Below, piece after piece: positions 17,476 to 27,332 of a DNA stretch of 64,000 bases. The notes under the pieces were generated by a model. That model was not told the origin of the DNA and made no database searches. It worked only from the letters and a program-made list of their open reading frames with translations. A program made the position numbers and the translations under genes. Numbering within the stretch: the stretch's first letter is position 1; the number at the start of each line of letters is the position of its first letter. The DNA is from a candidate division WOR-3 bacterium (GTDB lineage Bacteria > Hydrothermota > Tepidihabitantia > Tepidihabitantales > Tepidihabitantaceae): positions 21,512 to 85,511 of the forward strand of contig CBFGJX010000008.1 of NCBI GenBank assembly GCA_965649225.1, given 5' to 3'.

Positions 17476-19173
17476 ATGCTGGTGCGCGCGGAACGAATCA
17501 GCAAATCGTTGAACGGCCGGACGGTGCTGACCGGGGTTTCGTTTGTCGTCAACCGCGGCGACAAGATTGGCATTGTCGGCGCGAACGATGTCGGCAAGAC
17601 AACACTGCTGCGGCTGATTGGCCGTGAACTGGAACCGGACGAGGGGGAAATCGTCGTTGCCGGGCGGCCGGAAGTTGGCTGGTTTCGGTCCGAGCTGCCG
17701 ACGACAGTGGAAGCTACGCTTTATTCGGCCGTGCTGGGGGAGCTGGAGCAGATTCAGCGCCGGATTGATTCGGTCCGGCGGGAACTGGCCGAAGACCCGG
17801 CCGATGAGGCGGCACAGGCCAAGCTGGAAGCGTTCGAGGAGGAACTGAATCTGCGATTCGGTCCGGACTACCGTCGCCGGGCCGAGAAGGTTCTCGCCGG
17901 GCTGGGTTTCGGTCCGGAACGTTACCAGGATGCGGTGTCGGCGATGGCAGCGGGCGAGCGGGCGCGACTGGCGCTGGCACGGGTGCTGATCAGCCGGGCA
18001 GAACTGCTGCTGCTGGATGAGCCGACAGGCTGTCTCGACATCGGTCAGCGTCAGTGGCTGGAGCGGTATCTGGAAGACTACCAGGGCACGGTGCTGACTG
18101 TTGCCCGGGACCGGGCTTTTCTGAACGAAGTCGCCAACCGGATTTTCGAGCTGCGCGACGGCCGGCTGACGGTGTACGATGGTGGCTACTACGATTACCT
18201 GTTCCAGCAGGAGCAGGAGCGGCGGCGGCAGGAACGGGAGCAGGCGGAACATGACCGGGAAATCGCCCGGCTTGACCGGATTGCCCGGCGCCAGGATGCG
18301 CTGGTCAGTGGCCGGCAAAAGACCGGGGCCGGCGGCAAGAAGGCCAGAGCTGCTGCTGCCGGTCGGCCGGCCCGAAACGGCGGCAGGACCCCAGCGCGGG
18401 CTGAGACAGTCAGCACCAGCCATCAGGGTGAGTTCCGCGTGAGCGACAATCAGCCTGTGTCGGCCATTTTCCGGACAGTGGAGCCGGGCCGCCGGGCCGT
18501 GCTGGTCAAGGGACTGAGCAAGAGCTTCGGCGGGCGCTGCATCGTCCGCGATGCCGGATTTGAGATTCGCACCGGTGAACGTGTGGCACTGGTCGGGCCG
18601 AACGGCTGTGGCAAAACCGTGCTGCTGCGGATGCTGGTTGGCGAGCTGAAGCCGGACCGGGGAACGGTAACGACCGACGCGGCCACCCGGATTGGCTACT
18701 TTCCGCAGGACCTCGGCACGCTTGACCCCGAAAGTACCGCGTTGGAAAAAGTGATGAAATCCGGAGTGGAGCCGGATATTGCCCGGGTGGTGCTCGACCG
18801 GCTGCTGTTTGCCCGGGATTTGGCTGAGCGCCGGCTGAGCGAGCTTTCAGTCGGGGAACGGGCGAAAGTGCTTCTGGCGCGGGTGCTGACCGGCGGCGCC
18901 GACCTGCTGGTACTGGACGAGCCAGCGGCTCATCTTGACCTTGAAGCGATAGTCGCTCTGGAAACGCTGCTGCTGGGTTGTTCGGGCGCGATTGTGTTTG
19001 CCACGCATGACCGGGCGATGCTGGACCGGCTTGCCGGTCGTGTGTTTGAACTGCGTGATGGTCGACTGGTTGATTTTCCGGGCAGCTGGCAGGCATTTCT
19101 CGCCCAGCGGTCGGAGAGCATCCGGCCGGCCGGTCAGGAAAAAGACGACAGCGGCTGCCGGCCCCGGTCCTGA
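17476..19173 (+). CDS. ABC-F family ATPase (two tandem ABC domains, no TM domain; Uup/EttA/YheS-like translation factor)
   Basis: Two Walker A motifs (GANDVGKTTL, GPNGCGKTVL), signature motifs, and an inter-domain charged linker (QQEQERRRQEREQAEHDREIARL). Confidence 0.85.
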   Translation: MLVRAERISKSLNGRTVLTGVSFVVNRGDKIGIVGANDVGKTTLLRLIGRELEPDEGEIVVAGRPEVGWFRSELPTTVEATLYSAVLGELEQIQRRIDSVRRELAEDPADEAAQAKLEAFEEELNLRFGPDYRRRAEKVLAGLGFGPERYQDAVSAMAAGERARLALARVLISRAELLLLDEPTGCLDIGQRQWLERYLEDYQGTVLTVARDRAFLNEVANRIFELRDGRLTVYDGGYYDYLFQQEQERRRQEREQAEHDREIARLDRIARRQDALVSGRQKTGAGGKKARAAAAGRPARNGGRTPARAETVSTSHQGEFRVSDNQPVSAIFRTVEPGRRAVLVKGLSKSFGGRCIVRDAGFEIRTGERVALVGPNGCGKTVLLRMLVGELKPDRGTVTTDAATRIGYFPQDLGTLDPESTALEKVMKSGVEPDIARVVLDRLLFARDLAERRLSELSVGERAKVLLARVLTGGADLLVLDEPAAHLDLEAIVALETLLLGCSGAIVFATHDRAMLDRLAGRVFELRDGRLVDFPGSWQAFLAQRSESIRPAGQEKDDSGCRPRS

Positions 19174-19501
19174 ACCGAGCCCGGCCGGGTTGCAGTTGAA
19201 GCTAAATCCGGCATTTGGGGAGTAATGTCTTAACGCATTGACCACGCGTCAGTTGTCAAACGGCAATCCAACATCCCCCTCTCGTTCCCCCGGCGGTGAT
19301 GACGCAAGCTTGTGCCGGTGCCGCTGAACCGGTTTCAGTCAGACCTGTCAGCAAGCCGGACCGTGCGGCAGCCACTGGTTGCCGGATTGAGGTCGCCGGT
19401 GGGGCGGGACAAAAGCGATGATTGGTATCCGCGGCAGGCGAGTGTCCGAAACGGCGGTTGAGAGTCGGGCCGGACCGGTAATGGTGTATCAGGTCCGGCT
19501 G

Positions 19502-22500
19502 ATGCGTCTCGTGCGGCTCCTGCCACTGGCTGCGGCTGTCGCGCTCGGCGGCTGGTTGAACGAGGAACGCATCACCGCGCGCACCAACGCCGCCGACCGC
19601 ACCTCGCCTAACAACGCCCGCTGCCTCGCGGTCGATTCGGCCGGCAACGTCCACGCGGTGTGGTATGGCGAGGTCGGCGGAACACGCCAGATATGGTACT
19701 CACGGCGCGAGGCGGCGACAGGCGAATGGAGCGCAGACACCGCGGTCACTGCCGGCGTGAGGGATGCCGTCTTCCCTTCGGTCTCGGCCGACCCGGCCGG
19801 GAACGTTCACGTCATCTGGCAGGCGAATACGACCATCCCGGCCATCTGCTACAGGATGCGTGCGGTTGCAAGCGGGTGGGGCGCGGTCGAGACGGTCTGG
19901 CGCGGGTCGGGCGCGGCCAGCCCGAGCATCGCCAGTCCGGGCATGAGCGTGGCGCAGGCCGTTTGGATCGCCACTTTCCCGGCGCAGCACCAGAATGTCC
20001 TGTTCGCAGTCCGGGACAGCGCGGGCTGGCGGTCGCCGAGCGTGTTGAGCGAGGACAACGGGAGCGCGCACAGCAACCCGTGCATCGCCGCGGCATCGGA
20101 TACTCACGCAGCAGTCGTGTGGAATCGCGCGCCCACTCCACGCCTGGTGTGTGCCCGGTTGCTCGTGGACCATCAGCCTCAGACGCTGGAAACTCTCAGT
20201 GTCGGCGGGGGGCTGGCAAGCATCAGTGCCGGGCGCGGCGGCGTCTACAGGGCGGTCTGGAGCAAGTCCGGCGGGACAGCAGACTCTCTGCGCATCCGGA
20301 CATGGGCCGGGGGCGGCTGGCAGGCTGTTGCGCGCGTCGAGTGCGCCGGCCGGCAGGCCGGGCCGGCGTCCGTTGCCGACGACGCCGCAGGCCGGCCGAA
20401 CCTGTCGTGGTGCGCGCCCGGGCTGACATCGGTCGCCCAGGTCCATCACGCCGTTGCCGACTCCGCAGGTACGCAGTGGCATGACGCGCAGAGACTCACC
20501 GAGGCGTCAATCGGCCGGGAGAACCCGTCGATCGCGTGCGGGCCGGACGGCAGCATTCAGGTCATCTGGACCGACCAGCGGCACAGCAGCAGCAACACCG
20601 ATGTCTACTTCCGCCGGTGGGAGTTCGTGCGGGATGTGGCAGTGTTGGGATTTGAGGCGCTGGAGGACACCGTGGACTCGGGCGACGTTGTCGTGCCGAG
20701 GGTGAGCGTGGTGAACCTGGGCGATACGGTCGAACGGAACGTCCTGCTGTGGTTTCACGGGCCGGGCGTGAGCGCGGACACGGTGCTGGATACGATTGCC
20801 CGTGGTGACACGGTCGTTGTCCGGTTCGATTCGCTGGCCGGCCGCGTGCGCGGGTGGAACGTTGTTGTCTGTTCGACCCGCATCGAGGGGGACCGCCGGC
20901 GCGGCAACGATGCGGCGCGCGACAGCTTCTTCGTCGCGGTGCGGGATGCGGCGGTGGATTCGATTGTCGCACCGCGCGGGCAGGTGGTCGAGGATTCGGT
21001 CGCGCCGGAGGTGCTGCTCGCCAACCGCGGCAATCTGGCGGCGCGCTGCACCTGCATCGTGAGCATCGCGCGCGATTCCGCAGTTGTCTACGAGGCGGAT
21101 ACGGTGCTGGGTATCGCGCCGGGGTCGAGTGCGCGGATTGTGCTGCCGTACTGGCGAACCGCGCCGGGCGAATACGCGCTGCGCGCATCGGTACGGCTGG
21201 CCGGCGATATGGTGCGGGCCAATGACACGCTCTCGGCGCGGTTTTCGGTGCCGCGGCGCGATGTCGGAGTTGCCGGAATCATCGCGCCGGTCGGACAATT
21301 TGACTCGGGCGCGGCGGTCGAGCCGCAGGTCGTGGTGTTCAACGCCGGTGCGGCAGAAGAGTCTTTCGCCGCGCGACTGTGGATCGGGCAGGGCTGGCTC
21401 GACTCGGCGCGGGTCGAACGGCTTGGACCGGGCGAGAGCCTCGCGGTGCGATTTCGCGAGTGGCGGGCACTCGAACGCGGCGAGAGCGAGGTGCGCTGCT
21501 CGCTCGCGGTGCGGCCCGACCACGAGCCGGGCAACGACACCGCGGCCGGGGCGGTGTTCGTGCGGGTGATTGACGCGGCCGCGCGGTCAATCGAGCTGCC
21601 GCCCGAGGAGGTCGGGTTCGGGACGCTGTCGCCGCTGGTGAGGGTGCAGAACTCCAGCACGCAGGCAGAGTCGGTGCAGTGCCGGTTCGAGATCCGGGCC
21701 GGGGATTCGCTGGTCTGGGCCGATTCGGTCGCGGCCGGGCTGCCGGCCGGGGTTGACAGTACGGTTGAGTTCGGCGCGTGGGAGACGCGCGGCGGCTGGT
21801 ATCGCGCGGTCCTGCGGGTGAGCGCGGGTGGAGACATGCGGCCGGAGAATGATTCAGTCACGGTAGTGTTTCGCGTGCACCCGATTGATGCCGCGGCGCG
21901 CGCGATTGTTGCCCCGCGCGGGGTGATTCGCGCGGGCCTGGTCGCGCCGGCAGTGCGCATTGCCAATCTCGGGGACGAGACCGAGGACATCCGGCTTCGG
22001 CTCGGCATCGGTGCGGGCGGCGGCACGGGCTACGACGAGTCGACGCTGGTGACGGTCGAGCCGGGCCGGGAGACGACCGCAATGCTGCCGGCGTGGCGCG
22101 CGACGTGCGGCGAGTATTCGGTTTTCGCGCGCGTGGCCCTGCGCGGTGACATCAACCCGGGCAATGACCAGTTGGCGGGAAACGTCGTCGTGGAGTCGAC
22201 CGTGGTGTTGCGCTGGACCCGGCTGGCCGACATTCCGGCCGGGCCGCGCGGATTGCCGGTGCTGGACGGCGGCGCGCTGGCCGGGGCCGGCGGCAGGGTC
22301 TATGCACTCAAGGGCGGGTCGAGCGAGCTGTGGGCTTACTCACCACCAGAGAGCGTGTGGACCGCGCAGGCCGCGCTGGGCGAGAGCTGCCGGACCGGTG
22401 GCGGTGCCGCGCTGGCCTGGGACGGCGAGCGCTGGCTGTACGCGATTCGCAGCCGGCAGAGCGGTGAGCTGTGGCGGCTTGACCTTGCGGCCGATTCGTG

Positions 22501-23317
22501 GCAGGCGTGCCCGTCCCTGCCGCCCCATGTGCGGCGGTTCGGACACGGTGCGACGCTCGCATGCTGGCGTGGCGATACGCTCAAGCTTTTTGCGCTGCCG
22601 GGCGCGGGTTCGCTGGAGTTTTTCTGTTACCTGCCGGGACTGCGGCGCTGGCACGCGCGCCGGCCGCTGCCGGCCGGGCCGACCGGACGCCGTCCGCGCC
22701 GCGGCAGTTGTCTTGTCAGTGCCGGCAACCGGCTGTTCTGTCTGAAGGGTGGCACCGGCGAATTCTACGAGTATTTTCCCCGCCGCGATTCCTGGGTTGA
22801 ACGTTCCGGAATGCCGCGCATCAGCCGTGCCGGTCGGACCCGAAGCGGCGGTGACGGTGCCGCGGCGGGATGGGATGGCGGTGACCTGATTTACTTTACC
22901 AAGGGCCGCGGTCTGGAGTTCTGGCGTTATCGCATCAGTGCCGATACCTGGGAACAGCTTGAGGACGTGCCGCGGTCGGTGCCGCGCCGGGCCTGCCGCA
23001 AGGGTACCGGTCTGACCGTGCTGGGTGGCAACGTGTATCTGTTGCGCGGCAACGCAACGCGCGAGTTCTGGTGCTATGACCCGGACGCAAACAACCTCGG
23101 CACTCTGGCGGTCTTGCCGCCAGCCGGGCATGAGCCGTCGCGGGTCGGGCTGCGGCGCGGGCCGCTGGCGCACAACGGGAGCGATGCTGCCGGCTGGCGC
23201 TGGTACGACGCAGCCGGCAGACGGGTTTTGCCGGGCCGGCGGGCCGGGGTGGTGTTTGCGGTTGGGCCGGGTGGAGCAGTGAAGCTGGTTCTGGTGCGGC
23301 CACCGGCCGGGAGATAA
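19502..23317 (+). CDS. Giant secreted multidomain protein. It combines a sialidase/BNR-like β-propeller, 6× CARDB-like Ig modules and a Kelch-like β-propeller.
   Basis: Signal peptide MRLVRLLPLAAAVALGGW (ATG at 19502; the ORF-track start at 19418 is an extension). N-terminal blades resemble …D.AGN.H.VW…, e.g. AVDSAGNVHAVWYGE, SADPAGNVHVIWQAN, CGPDGSIQVIWTDQ. CARDB-like repeats include DVGVAGIIAPVGQFDSGAAVEPQVVVFNAG…. The C-terminal repeats follow G…Y…GG…ELW.Y.P..D.W (Kelch-like). The tail is …YDAAGRRVLPG..AGVVFAV…KLVLV…. Confidence 0.75.
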   Translation: MRLVRLLPLAAAVALGGWLNEERITARTNAADRTSPNNARCLAVDSAGNVHAVWYGEVGGTRQIWYSRREAATGEWSADTAVTAGVRDAVFPSVSADPAGNVHVIWQANTTIPAICYRMRAVASGWGAVETVWRGSGAASPSIASPGMSVAQAVWIATFPAQHQNVLFAVRDSAGWRSPSVLSEDNGSAHSNPCIAAASDTHAAVVWNRAPTPRLVCARLLVDHQPQTLETLSVGGGLASISAGRGGVYRAVWSKSGGTADSLRIRTWAGGGWQAVARVECAGRQAGPASVADDAAGRPNLSWCAPGLTSVAQVHHAVADSAGTQWHDAQRLTEASIGRENPSIACGPDGSIQVIWTDQRHSSSNTDVYFRRWEFVRDVAVLGFEALEDTVDSGDVVVPRVSVVNLGDTVERNVLLWFHGPGVSADTVLDTIARGDTVVVRFDSLAGRVRGWNVVVCSTRIEGDRRRGNDAARDSFFVAVRDAAVDSIVAPRGQVVEDSVAPEVLLANRGNLAARCTCIVSIARDSAVVYEADTVLGIAPGSSARIVLPYWRTAPGEYALRASVRLAGDMVRANDTLSARFSVPRRDVGVAGIIAPVGQFDSGAAVEPQVVVFNAGAAEESFAARLWIGQGWLDSARVERLGPGESLAVRFREWRALERGESEVRCSLAVRPDHEPGNDTAAGAVFVRVIDAAARSIELPPEEVGFGTLSPLVRVQNSSTQAESVQCRFEIRAGDSLVWADSVAAGLPAGVDSTVEFGAWETRGGWYRAVLRVSAGGDMRPENDSVTVVFRVHPIDAAARAIVAPRGVIRAGLVAPAVRIANLGDETEDIRLRLGIGAGGGTGYDESTLVTVEPGRETTAMLPAWRATCGEYSVFARVALRGDINPGNDQLAGNVVVESTVVLRWTRLADIPAGPRGLPVLDGGALAGAGGRVYALKGGSSELWAYSPPESVWTAQAALGESCRTGGGAALAWDGERWLYAIRSRQSGELWRLDLAADSWQACPSLPPHVRRFGHGATLACWRGDTLKLFALPGAGSLEFFCYLPGLRRWHARRPLPAGPTGRRPRRGSCLVSAGNRLFCLKGGTGEFYEYFPRRDSWVERSGMPRISRAGRTRSGGDGAAAGWDGGDLIYFTKGRGLEFWRYRISADTWEQLEDVPRSVPRRACRKGTGLTVLGGNVYLLRGNATREFWCYDPDANNLGTLAVLPPAGHEPSRVGLRRGPLAHNGSDAAGWRWYDAAGRRVLPGRRAGVVFAVGPGGAVKLVLVRPPAGR

Positions 23318-23321
23318 AGCA

Positions 23322-23351
23322 GGCAGGGGATGGAGGAATGCATCCCCTGCC
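23322..23351 (+). terminator. Hairpin (11-bp stem GGCAGGGGATG/CATCCCCTGCC) 5 nt after the giant gene's stop
   Basis: A perfect inverted repeat. No U-tract. Confidence 0.35.
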
Positions 23352-23459
23352 TGAGGCAACGCGGAGTCTTGCCCCCCTGTGCGTGCTGAGCGACTTGCGG
23401 ATTGAGTCTGCCCGGCGGCGTTTTGCTGGTAGAAACTGCCAGTTAAGATACCGCAAAGA

Positions 23460-23488
23460 CCGGCGGGGTGTGGTCAGCACCCCGCCGG
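23460..23488 (-). terminator. Hairpin (11-bp stem CCGGCGGGGTG/CACCCCGCCGG) about 18 nt downstream of the M14 gene stop, on the minus strand
   Basis: A perfect inverted repeat. On the minus strand it is followed by GTCTTTGCGGTATCTT, which is T-rich. Confidence 0.45.
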
Positions 23489-23505
23489 ATGTGGTAAAGC
23501 TCTGA

Positions 23506-26500
23506 TTAATCCAGTCTTACCGCTTTGACCGTTGTTCGCTGCCCCGCGGCTTCAAGCTGCAGGAAGTAGATGCCCCGGGCAAGGGGTTGGCCGGCAGCGT
23601 CGGTGCCGTCCCAGCGGACAGTGCCGGCGCCGGCCGGCTGGTTGCCGGAAAGCAGTTGTTTCACCATGCGGCCGGAGTTGTCATAGACGGCCAGATTCGC
23701 TATGCCCGGCTGAGGCAGAACATAGCGGATTGAGGCCGGATCGCGCAGCGGGTTGCGGTCGATGCCAAGAACCGGCAGCAGGGTGGGACCGGTCAATGGT
23801 TCGCTGATGGCGGTGGACTGACTGGTGGTGTACCTGATCGCGCGGCCGGGCCCGAGCGGCGCTGCGCCGCGATGATAGGTGCCATCAAACAGGCAGTTGA
23901 TGCCGATGGCGCAGGTCGGGTCTTCGATCCCCACCGTCGCCGAGCCGAAGTCGTTGCCGCCGCGGTACTGCAGGATTATCTCGTTGTCGCGGGTCGGGGT
24001 CTGCACCGTGGTGTCGTAGATGATGAACTGGCCAATGACATAGCTGGTGCGCGGGCTGTACTTGCAGACCGAGTCGTATTCGATGATGAAGCGATGGTTG
24101 GTTGCATCGTGCCAGTACCACACCCCGCGCCCGGCCTGAGGATACAGGTCGTCCCAGAGCAGACAGAGGTTGGCCGGCTGAGCACCGTCGGGCAGACTGA
24201 CATTGGAGTAGCTCGAGCTGGTGGTCGAGCCGGGCGCTATCCAGCCGTTGGAGCAGATGCTGACCTGCGTGAAGCTCTGACCGTAGTAGCGCCAGGGCCC
24301 GAACGCCGGCGGCAGACTGACAACCGCGGTCTGGTCGTCGGAGAGCGTCAACCGGGTGCCGACACCGTTGATTTCCACCCACTCGAACTGGGGCCGCTGG
24401 GCATAGCCCGAATCGACGTCGTCGTAGGCCCAGTAGCGGGCCGGCTGCCGCGGCCCGTCCGGTATCGGGTCAACCGCCCGCAGTTCACCGACGACGATGT
24501 CGAAGGCAAGCGTGTCGGTGTAGCCGGTGCCGGCAACGAAGAGCTGCATCGTAACCGGATATTCGCGCGGCGTGAAGGGCGAGGAGCGGATTTGAAACCG
24601 GTCGGACCAGTTGGTCCGGCTGGAATCGGGCAGGATGGTGCCGTAGCTTGCCTGGGCGTCGATTACCGTGATGAGGGTATCGGGACTGAACAGTGTTGCA
24701 ACGACATTCTGAGCCGGCAGGCGGCCGACGTTGCCGAGGCGGACAGCGAGCTCGGCGGTTTCGCCCGGATCGAGCCGGTTGTTGTTGTTACCGCCGGGCG
24801 GAGAGTCGATGATATATTGCTGCTGGTACACCAGCGCGGCTGAATTGGTGGCAATCGCTTCGACCGCATCGAGGTCAAAGCCGGCAGTGGCGCCGGAGAC
24901 CGCGCCGGAGTCGTCAACAATCTTGATGAAGCGAAAAGCGCTGACGCTGCCGCGGCTGAGGTCGAAGCTGTCGGTGCCGGTGGCCCAGCCAAGGCTGGTC
25001 CAGGGGCCGGCCCAGTCCAGTGCGACTTCGACGCGGTAGCCTTCGGGGTCGGCGTCGTCCTCATACACCGTGAAGTCGCTGCCCGGGCCATTGACCAGAG
25101 TGCGGCCGAAATCGTAGATGGCGAAGCCGCCGCGGCCGAGCGAGAAGCGGCGGCCGTCGCGCGGGCCGAGGGCCCAGTCCGGGGTCGAAACGATCAAAGT
25201 GTCGCTGACCCCGCGGCCGCTGATGAACTGGTGCAAGGCGACGGGCAAAGTGGTGTCGGGCACGAGCGCAACATTGAGGCGGGTAACCGTGTCGGCGGTG
25301 ACCGTGACACCGGTGATGGTCTTGCTGCGATAGCCGTTGGCTTCGAAGACCACGTCATAGGTGCCCGGCCGCAGATAGCGGTGGTAGTCGCCGATGCTGT
25401 CGCAGAAACTGGGAAAATTGATGGGCATCGGCCGGACCCGGGCACGCACCGGCGCGCCGGTGACCGAGTCGGTGACGATGCCGCGGATGCCGCGGTCGAT
25501 GTTGGCCAGTATCATCTTCATCGCGGCGTGCTCGCGTGCGATTATCTGGGCGAGCGACTCGACCGGCGGAGTCTTGTAGATGCAGGTTTCGACGGTCCAG
25601 CCGATGGCGCCGGTAGTGCCGTAGGCGTAGTCCTTGGACGAGCCGTTGATGCGGTACATTCCCCGGTACCCGGGGGCGTTGGGGTAGCCGGTGATGTCGT
25701 GGTAGCGGCCGCCCAGATACCAGAACTCCATCGAGTCGCGCGTGCCGAAGGGCGAGTAGCTCCAGGGCGTGGAGATGAAGTAGGTGCCGCCGTGGCCCGA
25801 CTGCCAGAAGTTGAAGCAGTTGCGCTGCATCAGCCGGAGCTGGACCCGGGTCTCGGGCTGGGTGAAGCCTTCGCGCGCCGAGGTCTCGTACCACCACATG
25901 AAGCCGTAGTCGCGGTTGCAGTCGTAGCCGTTGCGGTTGGTGCGCGCGCCGGCGATGTGGCCGTATGGGTTGGTCGGGCAGAGCACCCAGATTTCCCGGG
26001 TGTTGACCCAGTAGGTGACGTCGGGGTCGACCCCGTAGTTGCGCGCGAGGTAGACCGCGAACTCGAAGGCGGGTTCGGTGGCGCATTTTTCGTCGCCGTG
26101 GATGGCGGCTTCAAACATCAGTTCGGGCTCGTCTTCTTCGAGCTGCGGGTTGTCGGTTATTTTCAGGGCGAAGATGAGGCTGTCGTTGGATGCGAACCCG
26201 AGCGTCTCGAACTTGATGAAGGTCGGGTTGTTCTGCGCCATCAGCAGAAAAGTGTCTTTAATCTGAGTGTAGGTGTGAAACCGGTAGTCGAGCGCGTTCT
26301 TCTCGTAAAAGCCGGTGATGTCGCGCTTGAGTACCGCGACACTCCAGCCGTCGCGCTCGAGCCGGGCGACGCGGTCCTGGGGCACCTCGACGAGCATCCG
26401 GCCGTCCGGTCCCGGGCCGTTGATGATGCAGCCGAGGTCTTCAAGCTCGCGGATGTCCTCGCGGGTACGGACATCGACGGTGACAAGGTCGTAGCGCGGT

Positions 26501-26550
26501 GCGGCCGAAGCCGCGAGCGCCAGGGCGGCAAGGACAAGAACAATTCTCAA
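23506..26550 (-). CDS. M14-family Zn carboxypeptidase with a carboxypeptidase-regulatory-like domain, extra β domains and a type-A T9SS-like C-terminal sorting domain
   Basis: TTG at 26548-50 follows AGGAGG. Signal peptide MRIVLVLAALALAASA. The M14 Zn motif HGDE in …AIHGDEKCATEP…. A CarbopepD_reg-like segment (GIVTDSVTGAPVRARVRP…). The C-terminus is …PASIRYVLPQPGIANLAVYDNSGRMVKQLLSG…WDGTDAAGQPLARGIYFLQLEAAGQRTTVKAVRLD. Confidence 0.75.
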   Translation of the reverse strand: MRIVLVLAALALAASAAPRYDLVTVDVRTREDIRELEDLGCIINGPGPDGRMLVEVPQDRVARLERDGWSVAVLKRDITGFYEKNALDYRFHTYTQIKDTFLLMAQNNPTFIKFETLGFASNDSLIFALKITDNPQLEEDEPELMFEAAIHGDEKCATEPAFEFAVYLARNYGVDPDVTYWVNTREIWVLCPTNPYGHIAGARTNRNGYDCNRDYGFMWWYETSAREGFTQPETRVQLRLMQRNCFNFWQSGHGGTYFISTPWSYSPFGTRDSMEFWYLGGRYHDITGYPNAPGYRGMYRINGSSKDYAYGTTGAIGWTVETCIYKTPPVESLAQIIAREHAAMKMILANIDRGIRGIVTDSVTGAPVRARVRPMPINFPSFCDSIGDYHRYLRPGTYDVVFEANGYRSKTITGVTVTADTVTRLNVALVPDTTLPVALHQFISGRGVSDTLIVSTPDWALGPRDGRRFSLGRGGFAIYDFGRTLVNGPGSDFTVYEDDADPEGYRVEVALDWAGPWTSLGWATGTDSFDLSRGSVSAFRFIKIVDDSGAVSGATAGFDLDAVEAIATNSAALVYQQQYIIDSPPGGNNNNRLDPGETAELAVRLGNVGRLPAQNVVATLFSPDTLITVIDAQASYGTILPDSSRTNWSDRFQIRSSPFTPREYPVTMQLFVAGTGYTDTLAFDIVVGELRAVDPIPDGPRQPARYWAYDDVDSGYAQRPQFEWVEINGVGTRLTLSDDQTAVVSLPPAFGPWRYYGQSFTQVSICSNGWIAPGSTTSSSYSNVSLPDGAQPANLCLLWDDLYPQAGRGVWYWHDATNHRFIIEYDSVCKYSPRTSYVIGQFIIYDTTVQTPTRDNEIILQYRGGNDFGSATVGIEDPTCAIGINCLFDGTYHRGAAPLGPGRAIRYTTSQSTAISEPLTGPTLLPVLGIDRNPLRDPASIRYVLPQPGIANLAVYDNSGRMVKQLLSGNQPAGAGTVRWDGTDAAGQPLARGIYFLQLEAAGQRTTVKAVRLD

Positions 26551-26630
26551 CACAGCCTCCTGAGTTGCTGAAAATGACAGACAGTTGATTTTAAAGTCGG
26601 CCCCGGGCCGGTCAACCCGGCCGGCTGTCA

Positions 26631-27332
26631 TCACATCCGAAACGGCGGTCGTGCCGCGGAGCCGAACCGCAGGCCGGCATCCCAGGACAGCCCGCCCAGG
26701 CCAAAACGCGGCGGCTGACCCCGGCCGGTGTAAACTTCGGGGCCGCCGATTGGAATGAACCAGCCGGCGCGGGTATAGAGCGCAACGTAATGCTCTTCGC
26801 CGTAGCGCAGCCGTCCCATCAGTTCGAGCGCCGGCATGACGCCGACGGTCCAGCCCCAGAAAACATCCCAGATGTCCGGGTCAGCAACAAACAGCGCGCC
26901 GTCTTCGATGGAGTGGGCATAGAGAAACCAGGCGCCGAAACCGACATTGACATGGGGTCGGACCCAGAAGAAATCACGCGGTACCCAGGCGTAACCACAG
27001 TCGAAGCTGCCGCGCAATCCGACCAGTTCGGCCGCCAGCGAGTCGGCCCGCTGGGTGGAGGCGGTGACAGAACCCTCACCACCGAGGGTGATGTTGCCAA
27101 CCGCGCCGGCACGATGGCCGCCCAGCCACCATACCGGCCGGCGCAGGCGGAACGAGTCGTTGCCGCGATAGCGGTCCGGGTCGCGGTTGAGCCGGGAAAG
27201 GGTCTGGTTCAATCCTGATGTTCTGAGCCAGGTGGCACTGATGCCGAAGCCACCATAGCCGGCCAGGGCGGTGCCGGTGAGCAGAAAAAACAGTACAGCC
27301 GGAGTGAGATTCCGGCGGATTTCAGTTGTCAT
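26631..27332 (-). CDS. Putative outer-membrane β-barrel protein (hypothetical), upstream of and co-oriented with the M14 gene
   Basis: ATG at 27332 is preceded by AAGGAGA. Signal peptide MTTEIRRNLTPAVLFFLLTGTALA. Alternating aromatic/Gly-rich β-strand-like segments and a C-terminal …F-R-M aromatic end. The ORF-track N-terminus (to 27665) is spurious. Confidence 0.45.
   Translation of the reverse strand: MTTEIRRNLTPAVLFFLLTGTALAGYGGFGISATWLRTSGLNQTLSRLNRDPDRYRGNDSFRLRRPVWWLGGHRAGAVGNITLGGEGSVTASTQRADSLAAELVGLRGSFDCGYAWVPRDFFWVRPHVNVGFGAWFLYAHSIEDGALFVADPDIWDVFWGWTVGVMPALELMGRLRYGEEHYVALYTRAGWFIPIGGPEVYTGRGQPPRFGLGGLSWDAGLRFGSAARPPFRM

Noticed and set aside
23195-23314. Whether the giant protein's C-terminus is a genuine sorting tail
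   Set aside because: It is not rejected outright but treated cautiously. It shares only the '…DAAGRRV…AGVVFAV…KLVLV' skeleton with the class-B tails and could simply be a β-strand-rich end. It is flagged in the findings as the weakest of the four.
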